Source: Candidatus Omnitrophota bacterium (lineage in GTDB: Bacteria; Omnitrophota; Gorgyraeia; Zapsychrales; JAHFFX01). From it: DNA of 64,000 nt. Location of the stretch: contig JAHFFY010000009.1 in assembly GCA_023247705.1 (NCBI GenBank), positions 1,688-65,687 of the forward strand. The letters are read 5' to 3'. The notes under the pieces were generated by a model, which was not told where the DNA came from, ran no database searches, and was given only the letters and a program-made list of their open reading frames with translations. A program made the translations under genes and the position numbers. Below, piece by piece: positions 47,701-62,700 of the stretch. The first letter of the stretch is position 1. Each line of letters starts with the position of its first letter.

Positions 47701-50700
47701 GCTGCACCGATCACATCGACCAGATCAAACAAACGGTTGATCCCTTGTTTGACTTTCCAGATATCCGAAACCAACGCTTCCGCTTTATTGAGCCCGGATA
47801 ACCAGGTCAACAACTCGGTGCTGGTTGCTTTATGGAATTGCTCTAAGGCTTGCGTTCTGACGGCAATCGGCGTGACCTCCAAGGTTTTGGTTTTTAAAAT
47901 CCGCGCGATAAATTTGTGCGTATGGGCATATCCTTTTCCGTGATAAATGTTCAAACGGTACCAAAATTCTTCATAACTCGAAAAATCACCACCTTGCTCT
48001 CGAACCGCGATCACAGCGTTGACATGAGCGATCTTAAATTCATTCAATAAAAGATCGATCTCATCCGCCGTGTTTAAAAAATCTAAAATACGCTCATCGT
48101 CGTTTTCCCCCTCTCTTCGCGCGGGCGGCGCCAGCCCTTCCTCATCCAAGACCATTCCCAAAAGATGTTCGATAAACTTCTTGAATTTCTCATCACTGAT
48201 ATTATAATCTGTCAAATCATATAACCCATTCGATTGCGCATCACGCAAACCGGTCCGGTTATTAAACACGTGCATCGCGAAGTATTTATTCTGATTGACG
48301 TCGGCGTAACCCTGCCAGGCGGTTGTCACCCAGATCTGAAGTTCGGCGTGCGTTGCGTTCACAACTTTATCGACCATTTTGGAAAGGACCGTGTGATCAA
48401 TCATCTCAAGAGGAGATTCATTTAAAATATTTTTCAGGCGGGTAAAAAGAAGTTTTGTTCCTGACCCCACTCTGAGTTCATCGCTCGCGGTCAAAAAGCG
48501 TTGCCCAAAATTATTCCAATTGGAAAATGTCCCATCCCTTCGCGCGCGCCGGATCGCCCGGACCGTCCAAAATCCCAGATCCAGCCTTAACAGATCAATC
48601 TCATCCGCCTCATTTAAAAAGCGGATGATCGCTGTTTCGGAATTGACCGATGAGGTGCCTTGGACGTCTGTTACGATTAGCGGTGTTTCATGTTCATCCG
48701 TGAAAATTACTCCACCCGGGACCATCCGATAAAGGAACCGGACCAGGAGCCGCAGCCGCTGTTCGGTCATGCCGTCAATATCACGCAGTTCATACAAATT
48801 CTCCAGCCTGACTTTTCGTGTCTCAAGATCAACGCTTCTCATGAACACATCGGTCCCGATCTGAGCAGGAATAACGCCGGTCGCACTGCCCCAGGCGCGT
48901 TTCAATAATTCAGTGATCCCCTCCTGACTCATCGTGACTAAAATCCTTCGAGCCTCTTGATTAAGTTCGCGATCGCTTAGAATCAAAGGATGGTCCTGTA
49001 GTTTATTCATCGAATCATTAATAATCACCTTGGCCCAACGGCCAAAGCCATCTCGTCGCGTTCTTGCCAAACGCTGCCATAAATCCGCGATATCCATTAA
49101 AGCCCCTTCTTGTTTTGTCCTTAAAACCAGATCAATCTCCAGATAATCCAATCCGGCCAACAATAAATCAATCGCCTGCGCCGCGTTCACAAATGAGAGG
49201 ATCTCCGCAGAAGAATTCCTGATCTTTGCGAATGTTTTTGTTTCCGCTGAATCCCCTTCCACCAGACCGTAAAGATATTCGGCGAATTTCAACACACGGT
49301 CCGGGCCCATCCCGGAAGAATGAACGTCAAAGATGGAATCGAGATCATAGCTGCTGTCAGAATTATAGTAATGCCGGGTGGCTATACTGATGGCATATCG
49401 TTCTTCCTTGGTGTATCGCGCATCATGGAAGGCGTTGCGGATCCAGACGGCGATTTGATCTTTGGAAGCGGCCTGTAACATTTTTAAAGCTTCTTCCCGA
49501 ACAATTTTGTCCGTTACCGTCAACCGGGCCGACCGCAATATACGCATGATCGTAATTCCCATAAAAGTGTATCGGTCAAGTTTGCTGAGAACGATCTTCA
49601 TCAGATCATTCCAAGAAAAAACTTTCTGATACAAACGTTGGGCCTGCGTTTGGTTTAAACCCACCCGCAGAAAATCGATCATGTCGGCTTCCCGCAAAAA
49701 ATCCAAGATTGCATCGTTGCTATTGATGCCTTCGATCTTCTCTTGAGTTTCGTTAGGCATCCGGGGGGACTGATCGATTGAGTCAGAAGCCGCTCCCAAT
49801 TCTTGCGTAGGCTCAAGAGATCCCGTCAACTCATCCAGGATAAGACGATATAAATATTCGGCTAATTTCCGGGCATTTTTTTCTGTGATCCTGATCGTGG
49901 TTAATTCATAAAGATTCCGGAAATGAATTTTTTGGGCGGCAATGATCGCAGCGGTGTAACGGGCAACTCCCGGGCGCTGATAAATCCTAATGCCGATCAG
50001 CCAGGATTCAATTTCGGATTCAGACGCCGATTGCAATCTGCGCAGGGCCTCTCGCTGCAACCACGGGGCCGTGACTTTCAAAACAGCGGAATCCAAAACC
50101 CGCTGGATCGCCGGTCTGATCTTGGTCGCGAAACCCGACGAACCGCGATCTTCCATCTTCTGCCAGAAATCCTCGAGACTATCAAACACGATCGGCTCGG
50201 AGACCGCGCTCTCATCTAATCGCACCAGCGGTTCATTGCGCGCGCCTAAAATGTGCAGGATGTGATTACGCAAAAGACCAATCTCCGGCGCCGCAAAATC
50301 AAATCCGTCCGCGATATTTAAAAACGCCAGCTGTCCTTCCGGAGTATTGGAAAAGATCAGATACGGTTCACCTCTCTCCATCGATCCCTCGGCCAGCTCT
50401 TTGACCTGCGTTCGCGGTTGAGGCGAAGAAGATTGATGTGGACCCGCCAGGGAAACACGCCCTTGCACGATAAGATAAAGATATTCGATAAACGTTCTGG
50501 TATTCTCGACGATCCCTAAGGTCGAGATCAACGGATAAAAATCTTGGAGAGAAAATTTTTGACCATAAATTAATTTTGCCTTTGATCGGATGATCTCAAA
50601 ACGCGAATAGATTTTGGCGCCGAGAATCAATTCCAAAATTTCTTCCTCCGAACTGGATTTGAGTTTCATCAGCGCGGAATCGCGCAGTTCAGAGGATGTC

Positions 50701-53700
50701 ACACGTAATGTGGCATAGGACAACGCATCTTCGATCGCCGGTTTCATCCGCGTTTTAAATCCATGAGGTCTCAACATTTGTATGGCTGACCAGAAGTCAT
50801 CCAGACTTTTAAACGGGATGTCGGTATCTTGCCTCTTCTCTCTGGCTTCTTTAATAATATAGTAAGCGGTGTTCCAGGTTAATCCGACGTCAGGATGAGT
50901 CATATCAAAAAGATCAGCGTCATTTAAAAACGCCAATTGGCCTTCCCGTGTATTTGGATAGATGATATAAAGTTCGGTGACCGGTTCGGGTTCCGGCACC
51001 GTTCCTTCGGCCAAACGGTGGAGATAAACAACGAATTGCCGGATCAATTCCTGTTCGACCCGATGATAGATGAGGATATGGCTGACCTTCTGTTGGATGT
51101 CCATATTGGACGACCGGATAAAAGAGAAAAGCTCCTCGGCCAGAAACCTTGTTTCCATCGCCGGCGAAGCGCCCCATGCCTGACTCAGCCATGCCGCGAA
51201 ATCCATGGCCTTCGCGCTGGAAATTCGCTGAATGACGCGATAACGGACATCGACCGATACGTTTTGCAACGGTTTCGTTCTGATCACTTCCTGAATACGC
51301 GCTTTCAATTGTTCATTGGTCAAATCAAACATCCGTCCCCAGAAATCGTCCATCCGTTTCCAAAGTTGCTCAAGCTCGGTGATGGGGCCGACTTTCATCG
51401 TGCGTTCAATGATGTCGATTTCCTCCCGAGTAAATTCATGGAGGACCAAATCAAAATGGTCCGCCTGGTTAAAGAATTTCACGGTGGACAATTGCTGTTG
51501 TTCATCCTGGAAGGATCTATATAAAGGACTTCGCTGATAGGCCACCCAAAGCGTCATGAACTCTTTATCTAATTGTGCAATAAACCGGCTCAATCGGGCA
51601 TCACGCATGATGTCCGCGGTCCCGTCCCATTTGCCGCGCTCTTGAAGAATCAGTGACTCAAACGCGTCGCTGCGATCTTTAATCCGACGATTCCGTTCCG
51701 ATGCAAATTCCGGACGTAATGCGCTTAAAAAGTCCCGTGTCTGTTCATAACTCAAATAAAATTGCTCCGGTGTTTGTTGAACAAAGAGAATGTCCTCGGC
51801 TTTGAAAAATTCGTCTTCCTGCTCTTCCCAGATCTTTACTACGGTATCAAGGCGTTCCCGGATGTTATCATCGAGATAGGTTTTGCCAGCCTGTAAAGCG
51901 GCCAATTTTACGGCAAAATCTTCGTAATTCTTTTCTCTCCGATCGATCTGGTCGTAATTGACAACATGTTCAATACGATCAACCTCAAACTCAATGTCTC
52001 GCCCTAAGAAAACCTCCAGTGTTTTTAAAACGTCGCGGTTCCATTCTTCCTCGAAATATTGCGGCTCTGATTCATGTTCTGGCCGTGATGGTCGAACGCG
52101 TCTTGGCCGGCGCAGACGCAGTTCTTGCGGTTTCAGCATTTCTAAAGCGCCCTCATTGAGCGGCCGCACTTTGACATACACGGTCACATGATAAGGCAAC
52201 GCGGTCATCTGACGGATCTGTTGGAGCATCTGCGGACCTTCGTCCCTTAAAATACTTTCCGCGCTTTCCCGGGATAAACGATTCCGATGGATATAATGCT
52301 GGGCCGCGATCTCATAACCGCCGATCTCGCGCAACATCCGGTCAAAATGACTTCCGATCAATGGCGCGCTCCTCGGAGATCCGACAATTAACACCGGATG
52401 ATCCTTAATATGTTCTTCTGTGATCGTCGTGCCGGCCGGCAACACGTCATATCCGGCATACAGCGCCTCCAAAGTCTTCAAGGCTTCTTTCATTTCGCGC
52501 GGGGTCAATAAATCCCAGACATAACTCGCCACGATCGCTTTAACGACATTCGCCTGATCCTGCCCTAAAAATCTTCTCATCTTATTTAAAACATCTTGGG
52601 TCTCGCTGATATCGGCGAGGATCTTATTGGGGTTGGGGGCGATTCCGCTGATCCCCTCATGCTGTTCAATATCGATCATATAATCTGACATCTCAAGCGG
52701 CCTGCCCTTTCGTCTTAAAACCTGTCTTAAGACCCGCCAGGCAATACTGACATTCGCTCCGACATCCAGCATAAACGGTGTTCCATCGATGTGCTCCGCG
52801 ATCCATTCGGCGATCCAAAGATTGGTATGATAAGAGGAGCGGCGGCGTTCCTGTTCGGTCAAATCAGGGATATCGGTTTTCCCCCAGCGCATACGGTCGT
52901 CGCGTAATAAATTCAATGTTCGGCGGATTTTCTCGTGCAGGTTGATAAAAAAGATCTGTTCGGTCTCCTCAACCACTTCACCGTTTCTGATCTTCTCTAA
53001 TAACGCGGTGAGCCGATCAAAATCATCCGCGGTGATCGCCACCAATTCTTTTCCGGCGTTTCTGCGTTCTTGATACAATTCTTCAGCCAATTCTAGACGG
53101 GTGACCATGCCCATGGCAACCCCGAGTGGAAATCCCGGCATCCTTCGTTGCCACACCCTTTCCATTTCTGTTTTGACCTGCTTGTAAGAGGCGATCTGCT
53201 CGTCTCCCAATTGATCTCGGCCCCAGACAGGTAAATTCCAGCTGCGTTCGGATTCAGGGACCAAACGATTCATAAAAGCCTGCATCTTTCTCATCTCGCG
53301 CAAGAGATCGCGTGCTTCCTTGATTTGCTGCAATTTTTGAGATCTCAACAAAATCCGTCGGGCATCGTGTTTTGCAAATCCGCCGAGGATGACCCGGATA
53401 TCCTGCGGTCCGACATAAATTTCCAATCCACTGGCCAGATTCACCACCTCATAAATCCACTGCGGATTATTTCCAAACTCATCGTGCCGATCTCCAGCCG
53501 TATTGGTCAAACCCGTCGCGCTGATATTCGGCTGAGTGGCGACAAGCAAACTCCTGATTATCCATCCTTCCTGTAGTCTGGCCCATTGCGCTTCGAGATC
53601 CTCTTCAAGATCTTCACCGGATAACTCGATCATGCGACGTTTTTTATCCTCGGTTGTGATCGAAACCCTTCTGTGCAGATCCACGAGCACCTCGCTGAAG

Positions 53701-56700
53701 CGCACATCCCATTCGCCGAACAGTTCCCGTTGCAGGGCCCGTAAAAGATAGTGATGCGCCATAGTCCCACGTCCCTCTGACTGTAAGTCCTTCGCCCGGC
53801 GGGCCAAGACGCGGCTGTCCCGGCGTCTCAGTTCTAAAATAGATTGTTCAGTCCCGATGTGCACGATGAGATCCATTCGCGCGCGCTGTTCGTTTAATTC
53901 CAAAATCAGTCGATGGGAATCAGAAATCTGTTCAGATCCCATGTATTCTCCGAGTTCGTGGAAATACGATAACGCCCGGATCATCGGTTCCGGATGGTTG
54001 ACTAATTTGTGATATAACGCGATTGTTTGTTTGTGAGGGAGGGCCACACCCAACAGATCAGCGATCAAAATTCGGAAGGAATAAATCTTTTCCAATCCCG
54101 GCGGTGCGTGGAAGAGTTGATATAAGGCGCTCAATAAATCATAGGCGTGGGATTCTTCCCGCGCCAGGATTCCCAGCAACGTTAATAAAATTTTTTCTAA
54201 ATCCACGGAAATTTCATCCAGAGGATTAGCAAATGGTCGGTTGGGTTCGGCGTTTTTGATGATTCGCAAATGTGGCCTGCCGTTTTTATGTTCAATCCCG
54301 ATGGCACGAGCCTGGTTCCCTAATTGTCCAAATTCCTCCGGTGTTTCTCCTGGACCTTTCTCTTTGTGTTCTGATCCTGAACTCGATTGATCCGGCAAAT
54401 CTGTTGTTTCAGATCCTTCTTTTCTCTTCTCGGCAATGAGCTTTCTGATTTTTTCTAATACCTCTTGGGTGGAAATTTTTCCACTCTTTACGTCTTCCGG
54501 AGGAGCGATACGATCAAGTTCTCGCATCCCCAACTCTCCGGTGAGAGACCGATACTCATTGACCGCCTCGAGCAAATCCAACACGGATTGATTGGCCATG
54601 CCTTCCGGTAAACTAAATCGCATTTCGTTTGATGATGTATTAAAAATAACCCCTGGCCTTCTGACCGGTTGCTGTTGAGGCTGTTGGGCCGGAGTCCTTT
54701 TCCATTGCTCGATGGCAAATAAACGGATATGGTCTGCGATCTTAGTCTCGTCGTTGTTTCTAAGGTTAAATCGCACGCCTTTCGTTTGAAAATACTGTCT
54801 TAAATCAGCGCGATTCTGTACAATCATCAATTCTTCCAAGACCCGTTGGCTATTCTTAACGGCCCGTCTGTTCTTTCCATCCTCACTGAGTTCCAATTCA
54901 AAAGCTCTTAACCAGTCGATCAATTCCTGAATCTCCTTCGCGAATGGTTTAATTTGACTGACACGGTTGATCAATTCTTCCCTCAATGCGGATGTGATTT
55001 GCGGGAATGGATTCACCCAAGAATTTTGGATCATCTCGACCATCTGACGATAATTTTGTCTTTCTCCATAGATTTCTAAAAGCAAATGCGTGATGGCAGG
55101 CAAGGGAATTTGTTTGATCGTTATGAACGGATCTGGAATGTCTCTATCCGGGTTATAATCCGGTAAAATACGATAACGTAAAAACTGAAGCTCCAATAAC
55201 GATTGAATCATAATGACCGGTTCCAGATGCAATACAGCTGCCTCTTCTGTTCGGCCGGTTCTAAACATTTCCTGAATGAGTTTCGCCTCTAAAGCGATAT
55301 AAACAGACATCGTGTCTTTTTGTCCGGTTGCCCCCAAAGATCTGGCCATGACCGGAATATTCATCCGCTTTAACTGACTATAAAGTCCGATGCCCACATC
55401 GAATCCTATAAAAGCGATCCTCTTCGTCGGGTACTCTTGATAAAGTTGGACCAACCGCTCCAAGATCTGACGTTTTCGGACGATCCGGGCCTTCGCGGAG
55501 TATATGATCTCCTGAGTAAAATAATTGATTCCTTCTCTCAAATGTCCTGATTTAAGCGCAGCGCGGACTAAACGGTTTTGCCTTACCCCTTGGGAATCCC
55601 AATGATTCCGCGGAATCCCCAACGTATAAATCTTTTTCCCTCTTCCGGCGAGAAGTTCAAATAAAAATTTCAGGCTGTTTTTAAGATCTAACGCGTCCTG
55701 GTTAGAAACTTCCATGTCAGTCATAAGCTCAGCCAATTTCGATCGATCTTGAGATAACTCATCCAGAAATTCCTGCTGGAGGTGCATTTCTTCGATGATG
55801 ACAATATCCGCCGTTGCGATCATCTGATTTAACTCTTCTGCGACTTGATTAAAATGTTCCATGTCACTTAAATAAAGTTTTATTCCCGGGGATTGCTCGA
55901 ATCGTTGCTGCCGGGTTTGAATGATTTCGGGTGGTGTTCTCCTGGTGGATGCAACGATCCGTTGTCTTACCGGAACTTGCGGACTATTCGTTACGTCTGT
56001 TGACTCTGGTTCTTGAACAAGCCCTTCCTCTTCGACCGTTTCAGTTAGTTCATTAGTCGTCAATTCTGAAGGCGGTGTCCGTGTTACATTAGCTTGTGCT
56101 AAGGAAACATCCTGTCCGGAAAAAAGGTTCGTTTGTTCTGCAGACTCGACGTCTTCCGGTCCGATATGATCAATCGACAAAACTTCTTCTTGAGTTGGCT
56201 GCGCCTGACTCGCCATCGCCATCATATTCAAAGCCCCGCGTAAAGCACGCATCGCATCGGTTAACGTCTCAATCCCTAACCCGATCATCCATTCTTCGAC
56301 TCTTTGTTGCGCTCGTAGAATTCCTTGCTCGGTCTTCAATGAAGCTAATTTTAATTCCGAAACGATATTAAATAATTCCCGAATCTGCTCGGAGGAAAGG
56401 GATCGCATGATGTTGGAAATCAGACCTGACCAGGTATAAACCATTAAATATCGACCTCCATTCCATAATTTGTCCACGGCATCATAAACAACGCTCTCTT
56501 CTATTAAACGGTCTATTTCTTGCGGTGTGAGATAAGAAGAAATCTGATGTTGCATTATTCTCTCAACAGGACTCAACAATCTCACGATATCTTCCGGTGC
56601 TTGAAGAACGATGCCCCTATATTCCGAAGGCATTTCTTTTTCTCCTCCGATCCGGTTATCCATGCGCAGGCTAATGACGACCCGGTTTCGGTTGGTCTTC

Positions 56701-59700
56701 AGTAACGCCGGGATCTGCTGACCAAAAATCTGCTTATTCATTGAACGCAATCCTTGACCAGCCGACTCCGTCATTCTGAAAATATTCCTTCGATACAGCT
56801 CATAATCCCCCCGATCTTCGGAGGCCTCCAAAAAGGCGTCTGCGATTAAATGACTAATCGATGAAAGCGGCACGCCGGGTTCCAGCGGCTGTAATTCCAG
56901 CATTTGATGGTCCAGCTGAATGTTATAACCTTGCTGCGTCACCTTCTCATGCAGATATTCAAACAATGCCATACGAAATTCCGCTTCGCGGGTAGTCCCT
57001 TGCAAAGCTATATTTCGTTGCACAGTCGCCCTGACCTCAGCAAAGGTTTGCTCTCGATGCCGTATTCGATGGGAAATCTGCCGGGAAGATCTGTTTTCTC
57101 CCTCGATCGAAGCCCGGATAAAATCAATCGTGGGGATAAAATAAGCGTCTCTCTCTCCGGTAACCCTTTTCAAATTGCGATGACGAGACAATCCTAATTC
57201 ATCGACAGCGCTTCGGGGGATCAAAATAGTTTCCTGCTGATACCTATTATCTCGTAACTGACTAAAAATCTCTTTAACCGAGACAACCTGTTCATTGAAA
57301 CGCGGGCGATCGACCTCCAGAAAGATAACGACCTCCGTATCTTTTCGATCTGGGACCAACCGATCAATCAAAACATCCAACTGACTGCGGACACGATCAA
57401 AATCTTTGGCCCATTGCATCCCCGTGTAGATCACACTCCAACGCGGCCTGAGCACTTCCATCTTTCTCAAGATCAACTGCGGCACTTGATCGCGCGTTTC
57501 ATTGCTCAATAAAGCTGTTAAAAATAAATGATTCCTCTTGGCGTTGTTGGACGGCTTACTCATGGCCTCGTGGATCATCGTCGCCGCGGCCGTCACCGTC
57601 AGACCTTCATAATTGCGCGCTAATGTTACAGCCGCATCGCTCAAACGCGCTTGGGTTTTTAATTCTTCGATCGAAGCGGTGATGGCGAGATGAACCAATT
57701 CTTCTGCATCGTTCGTGGGTTGATGGGAACTGGACGCCGGCAAATCTTCCTGTGCGGTTGAAATCTCTTGGACGGCCATAGGGATTTGTGTTACATCCTG
57801 ATACTCAGGATTTTCTTCGTCGGTCAAGAGCCCCGGAATCCGCCCTTTATTCTCAATCAACAATCTGATCCCGGAAGTCACTTCGGCATTCAGATATTCA
57901 ATCACAGCCTCTTCTCCATAAAGATTGAACGCGGCCACGACCGCATGACGGTCATTGCTGGCCAAAAAATTTCCTCTTTGGGCAAAAACCGATCGGCGCA
58001 TGTAAATTCTCTCGACTTCTCTGGCCGTAAACCAATGTTGTGCGACAAAATTTCTAATTTCTCTAATAAAAAGACTTTGTCCTTTGGATGTGACAGCATC
58101 TTCTAATTGCCGTTGAGTCAGAAAATCTCTCAGATCTTGCCTGTTTTGAACCACAAGAAATTCTCCGAGACCTTCCAAAGGCATCGCTTCAATGTTCAAT
58201 CGATCAAGATCAACGTCTTCTTGATTCTGGAATAAGGAATGGAATCTCATCGCCAATTTCCTGCGCAACTCCGGGGTAATTGGGCGCGTCGGCCAATCTT
58301 GTGCCGCGACGATATTCTCGATCGTTTGACTTAAACTCACTCTCCCTGAATAGTGATCAACCAAGCGTAAAGCGATATCAGGAAGAGCGAGGCGTCGGAT
58401 CGCTTTAATTTCACTTTGCATATCCGCTGACCGGTTATAACTTCTTGAGCCGCGCCAATTACGCCATAGATCAGCTAAAAATTTTTGAGCCGCCTCAAGA
58501 GAAGAGATGGAAACATCTTGGGTCTTAAACATTGCTTTGTTTATCTTAACGGCATTGATCATGGACCTGTCAAAATGCGGTTTGTTTTCCAACGATTGGA
58601 AAACGACCGGAACGTTCCTTTTCTTGAGCTGGACGTAAATATTAAGATTAAAATAAACACCGATGACCAAAATCTTCTGTCCTTGATTTTGCTCATAAAG
58701 GCCCTGTAAGAAATTAATCGATTCCAGGTGAGTTTCGTATTCTTCCCGGATAATCGCTTTCCAGGCCTCGATCGAATGTTTCAATCCTTCCCAAAATCTA
58801 TTTTGTTCGAAGCTTTTCTTGGCCGAATTATATCGTTCAACACTCCGGCGATGGTGCGGGTTATCGATGTACTTGGTGTTAATGCTATGGAACCTCTTGC
58901 GGATTCCTTCCACGCCGACTTCATAAAGCAGGCGCATCCATTTTTGGATCGCTTGACCGCTGGGGGTGTTGACTTTAAGGAATGTCCTGTTGACAGCTTG
59001 CTCGAGGGTGATCTTTCTTTGCAGCAGCAAATTAAAAATTTCATTATCCGTCCTGGACAGATCCATGACGATCCGATCCGCTTCCTTCATCGCATTGAGC
59101 AGGATGGTCCGATGTCGATCGATATTTCGTTCATCAAGGAATTGGAAACTAACCCCCGCGATAAGCTTGCGCGCAGATGGTGAAGAAGGAGTAGTAACTG
59201 AAACCACATCCTCATAGATCGCATCAACGATTTCTTCCGTCCCTGGGGCCGCGGCCGGTATTTGGGCTAACGTGGTCGCATCAATCTCCGGCCAATATTG
59301 ATCCACCATTCCACGAATGTGATTGCGCAGCGGATAGCGCGTGCCGCCGGAAACATAACCGAAAATATGTTTAAAGCGTTCGTTCAGGAAATGATTAAGA
59401 TCCGCGGTCTCCCACATCACAAGCAATTCTTCAAATTCTTCCAAGGAAAGTTTTGTGATGGGTAAACCACTGAAGCGTTCCAGTTCCAACCGCATGGCCT
59501 CGGTCACCGGCTGGACGGGCGAATTCAGGGTTGTTTTGAGGATTTGAAATAATTGATGCGCGGTCAACCGATCGCGATAATGCTCAAGAATCCTGCGCGC
59601 CATATAAGGAAGCGGCAGGGCGGCGATAACGTCATTCTCTTCAGGAAAGTTCTCTTCTACGCCGTAATACCATAACACGGCCATTAATGAACGGGTGATG

Positions 59701-62700
59701 CCCTGTAGTCCGATGGTAATTTGCTCAATCTCTATCCCCTGATCAATTTGGGCAACCACCTCATTAAAGAATAGGTCATGATAATCCGGCCGGATCGGAT
59801 TTTCTTCAGATGGATTAAGATATTCCACCGTCGTATTGATCCCTGAGTTATTTAAAAGATAAACCAGATGATCAAGCCCGGCGATGTTTTGAATGATCGC
59901 GACTTTCCCATCCTGGGCTTGACGAAAATATTGCACCAGTGACTCAACGATCGCGATATTATCTCTTGAAGAAATATCCACGGCTAATTTTTCCGCCTCT
60001 AAATAAAACCGAATGCCTGACAAGAATCTATTCTGACGAAACTCCTCACGCGCTTTGTCAAGACGAAGGCTATATTCACGATCATGCGAGTTACCGCCTT
60101 CCTCCCCGAGTATCACCTTAACGCCTCCGTTAATCATCTTGCCTTTGCCGTAGGCAAATCTTAACAAGTACCGCGCCTTACCGATTTCCACACTCTCTTT
60201 AATACTGTTAGGAACTGTTTCTATTTCACTCAATAAACTTTCCAAAGATTCTCTGGCATTGAAAGCGCGCTCGAATATTGAATCGTATTTTTCGGTGATA
60301 TCCGTAAGAATGACATCATATTCCTCAACGATCGTTTCAACACCCGCAGCATATCGCTCCAAGAATTCCGGACGACGGCGATTGGAACTGACGTAGACAT
60401 TAACGGTAAATTGAGTTGAGGTTGTTCCTGCGGATTCACCGGACTTTTGGTCTGCTTGCGTTGTGGTCGCTGATTCTTGGATGGTAACCGTTTCTCCCTC
60501 ATCTTGAATCTGTTCAACTTCTAACGTTGTTTGTACCGCCGAAAGATCCGTGATTGCGGCATCGGCCTCAGGCGTTGATGGTGTTTCTTCTAAATTGCCG
60601 CGTACGGCGTCATTGGATGAAGTCGAATCGGCAATTTCCGAAATCGCTCCCCAATACCGGTTGACCATCGCCCGGATTTCCCGACGCAGCGGATGACGGA
60701 TCTTTCCGGAAACAAAACCGAACACGAACCGGTGCTGATCATTCAGGAAATGACTCAAATCCGGCGTGTCCCACATGACCAGTAATTCCTCAAATTGCTC
60801 AAGCGTCAATTTTTCCAAAGCAAAACCTGCAAGACGACTTAATTCCAATTGCATTTCCCGCGTGACCGGAACAGGCGGGGCCGTTAAGGTCGATCTGAGC
60901 ACGTCAAAAAATTGACCCAATGTCAGCCGTCCACGGAAAAGATCAAGGATCCGAAGCGCGATATAAGGAAGCGGCAGGTGTTGAATAATTTCGTATTCAC
61001 GCGGATCATACGGTTCCTGACTATGGAACCATAAAATGACCAACAAAGATCGGGCCACGGCCAGAAGACTGACTTCGATATCTTTAATTTCTTTACCGGC
61101 CAAGGCCTCGCGCAGCGTCGCATTAATCAGGTTATCAGCTTGGTCGCCCTGGGTTTCCTGTTCCCGCTCGTCGGTCAGATATTCCACCTCGATCTCAATG
61201 CCTTGTCGCTTGAGAAGCTCCCGCAGATGCTCGGCGCCCATCATATCTCGCATGATCGCGATCCGCGCTTCCGGAAATACCTCGAAATGCTGCATGATGA
61301 TTTCAACATTCGTTTGATTTGTTTGCATCGTTGTCCTTGCCGAAAACCGTTGCGACTCAATCAGGCTGCGTATCCCGGCCAAGAAACGATTTTGCTCGAA
61401 TTCCGCCTCCGGCGATTGGAAATCGCGGCTATAGGCAATCGCATCCGGTGTACTGCTCGAATTAATGACGATCGCGCGGATACCGCCGACCAGCTTCTTT
61501 CCCCGGCCATAACTTTGTCTCAGAAGCGTTTGTCCCTTCACGGTATAAGATGGAAAACTCGATTTCGAAACATATTCCTTAATTAAATCTTCGATCGATC
61601 CTTGTCCTTGCGAAGCCCAGGCAAATATTTCGTCTGATTCAGAAAGGATATCAGTAACAATCAAATCGTAATTCTCAATAATGGCATCAATGGCCTGATT
61701 ATAAATATCGGCGCTGACCGGACTTTTACTGTCGGAGGTTATGTAGACTTTGACTTTCCGTTGAGGAGCGATAACATCCGGAGACTGATCTTTTTTTGAG
61801 TCGAGATCCGAACCCTTTTCGGCTTGCTCTGTCAAAAATTTGGTCACCACCCCTGAAATATTCTGTTCCCCTTCAACCGGTTCTTGGGTTTCTTGACTTG
61901 GGGCCGGTTGTTCAATGACCTTATAAAGATATTCGGCGATAAAATTCTCAATAAATCGCGCGATCGCGTCGCGTTCAGCGCCGTTATTTCTGATCAGGAA
62001 CCGTGTCAGGTTCTTTTGCTGGAAGAACGTCCGCAGGTCACTGCCGCGTTCGATCAACAGCAACCGTCCAAAATCTTCCAGACTTAAGTCCCGCAAATCC
62101 ATCGTCAAACCTAATCGCGCTTTGATCTCTGATTCAAACGCGCGCATAAGACCGATTGAAACCGGTTGAAGAGGGCTTTGCGACAGCTTGAACATATCTT
62201 CCGCGATTGATTTGGGCGTCACCTTTTCCCTCGACCATTCAAATACTTGACGCTGAATATAAATGTAAGATAATGTTCTCTCGCGAATGACTTTAACGAT
62301 GATCCCATTGATCGACTGCCCATTGATATCAATATCCACCACATTCATTTGTCCCCATCCGTGCAGCATGGCACTCATAAAGGCGCGGAACACATTGATC
62401 CGCACAACATCCAAAGACTTCTGGTGCCGCATTTGGGACAACAACCGAAGGATCATCAGATCATCCAATTGTTGATACCGTTTTAATAAAATCGTCTCTT
62501 CAAACGTAATATTTTCTTTCCTCAATTCCTGGACAACAAAAAATCCCGGCACAATATCATCCAGGATCACAATCGATCGGTCCGCGTAGATGAGTAATTG
62601 TTCATTGATCCCGACCACAAAAGAATCCAGAATGACTTTCTCTTCTTCATAAACCTCGATCTGCCGTTCCAGATAATGTCTCATCGCAAGCGCGGTATCC

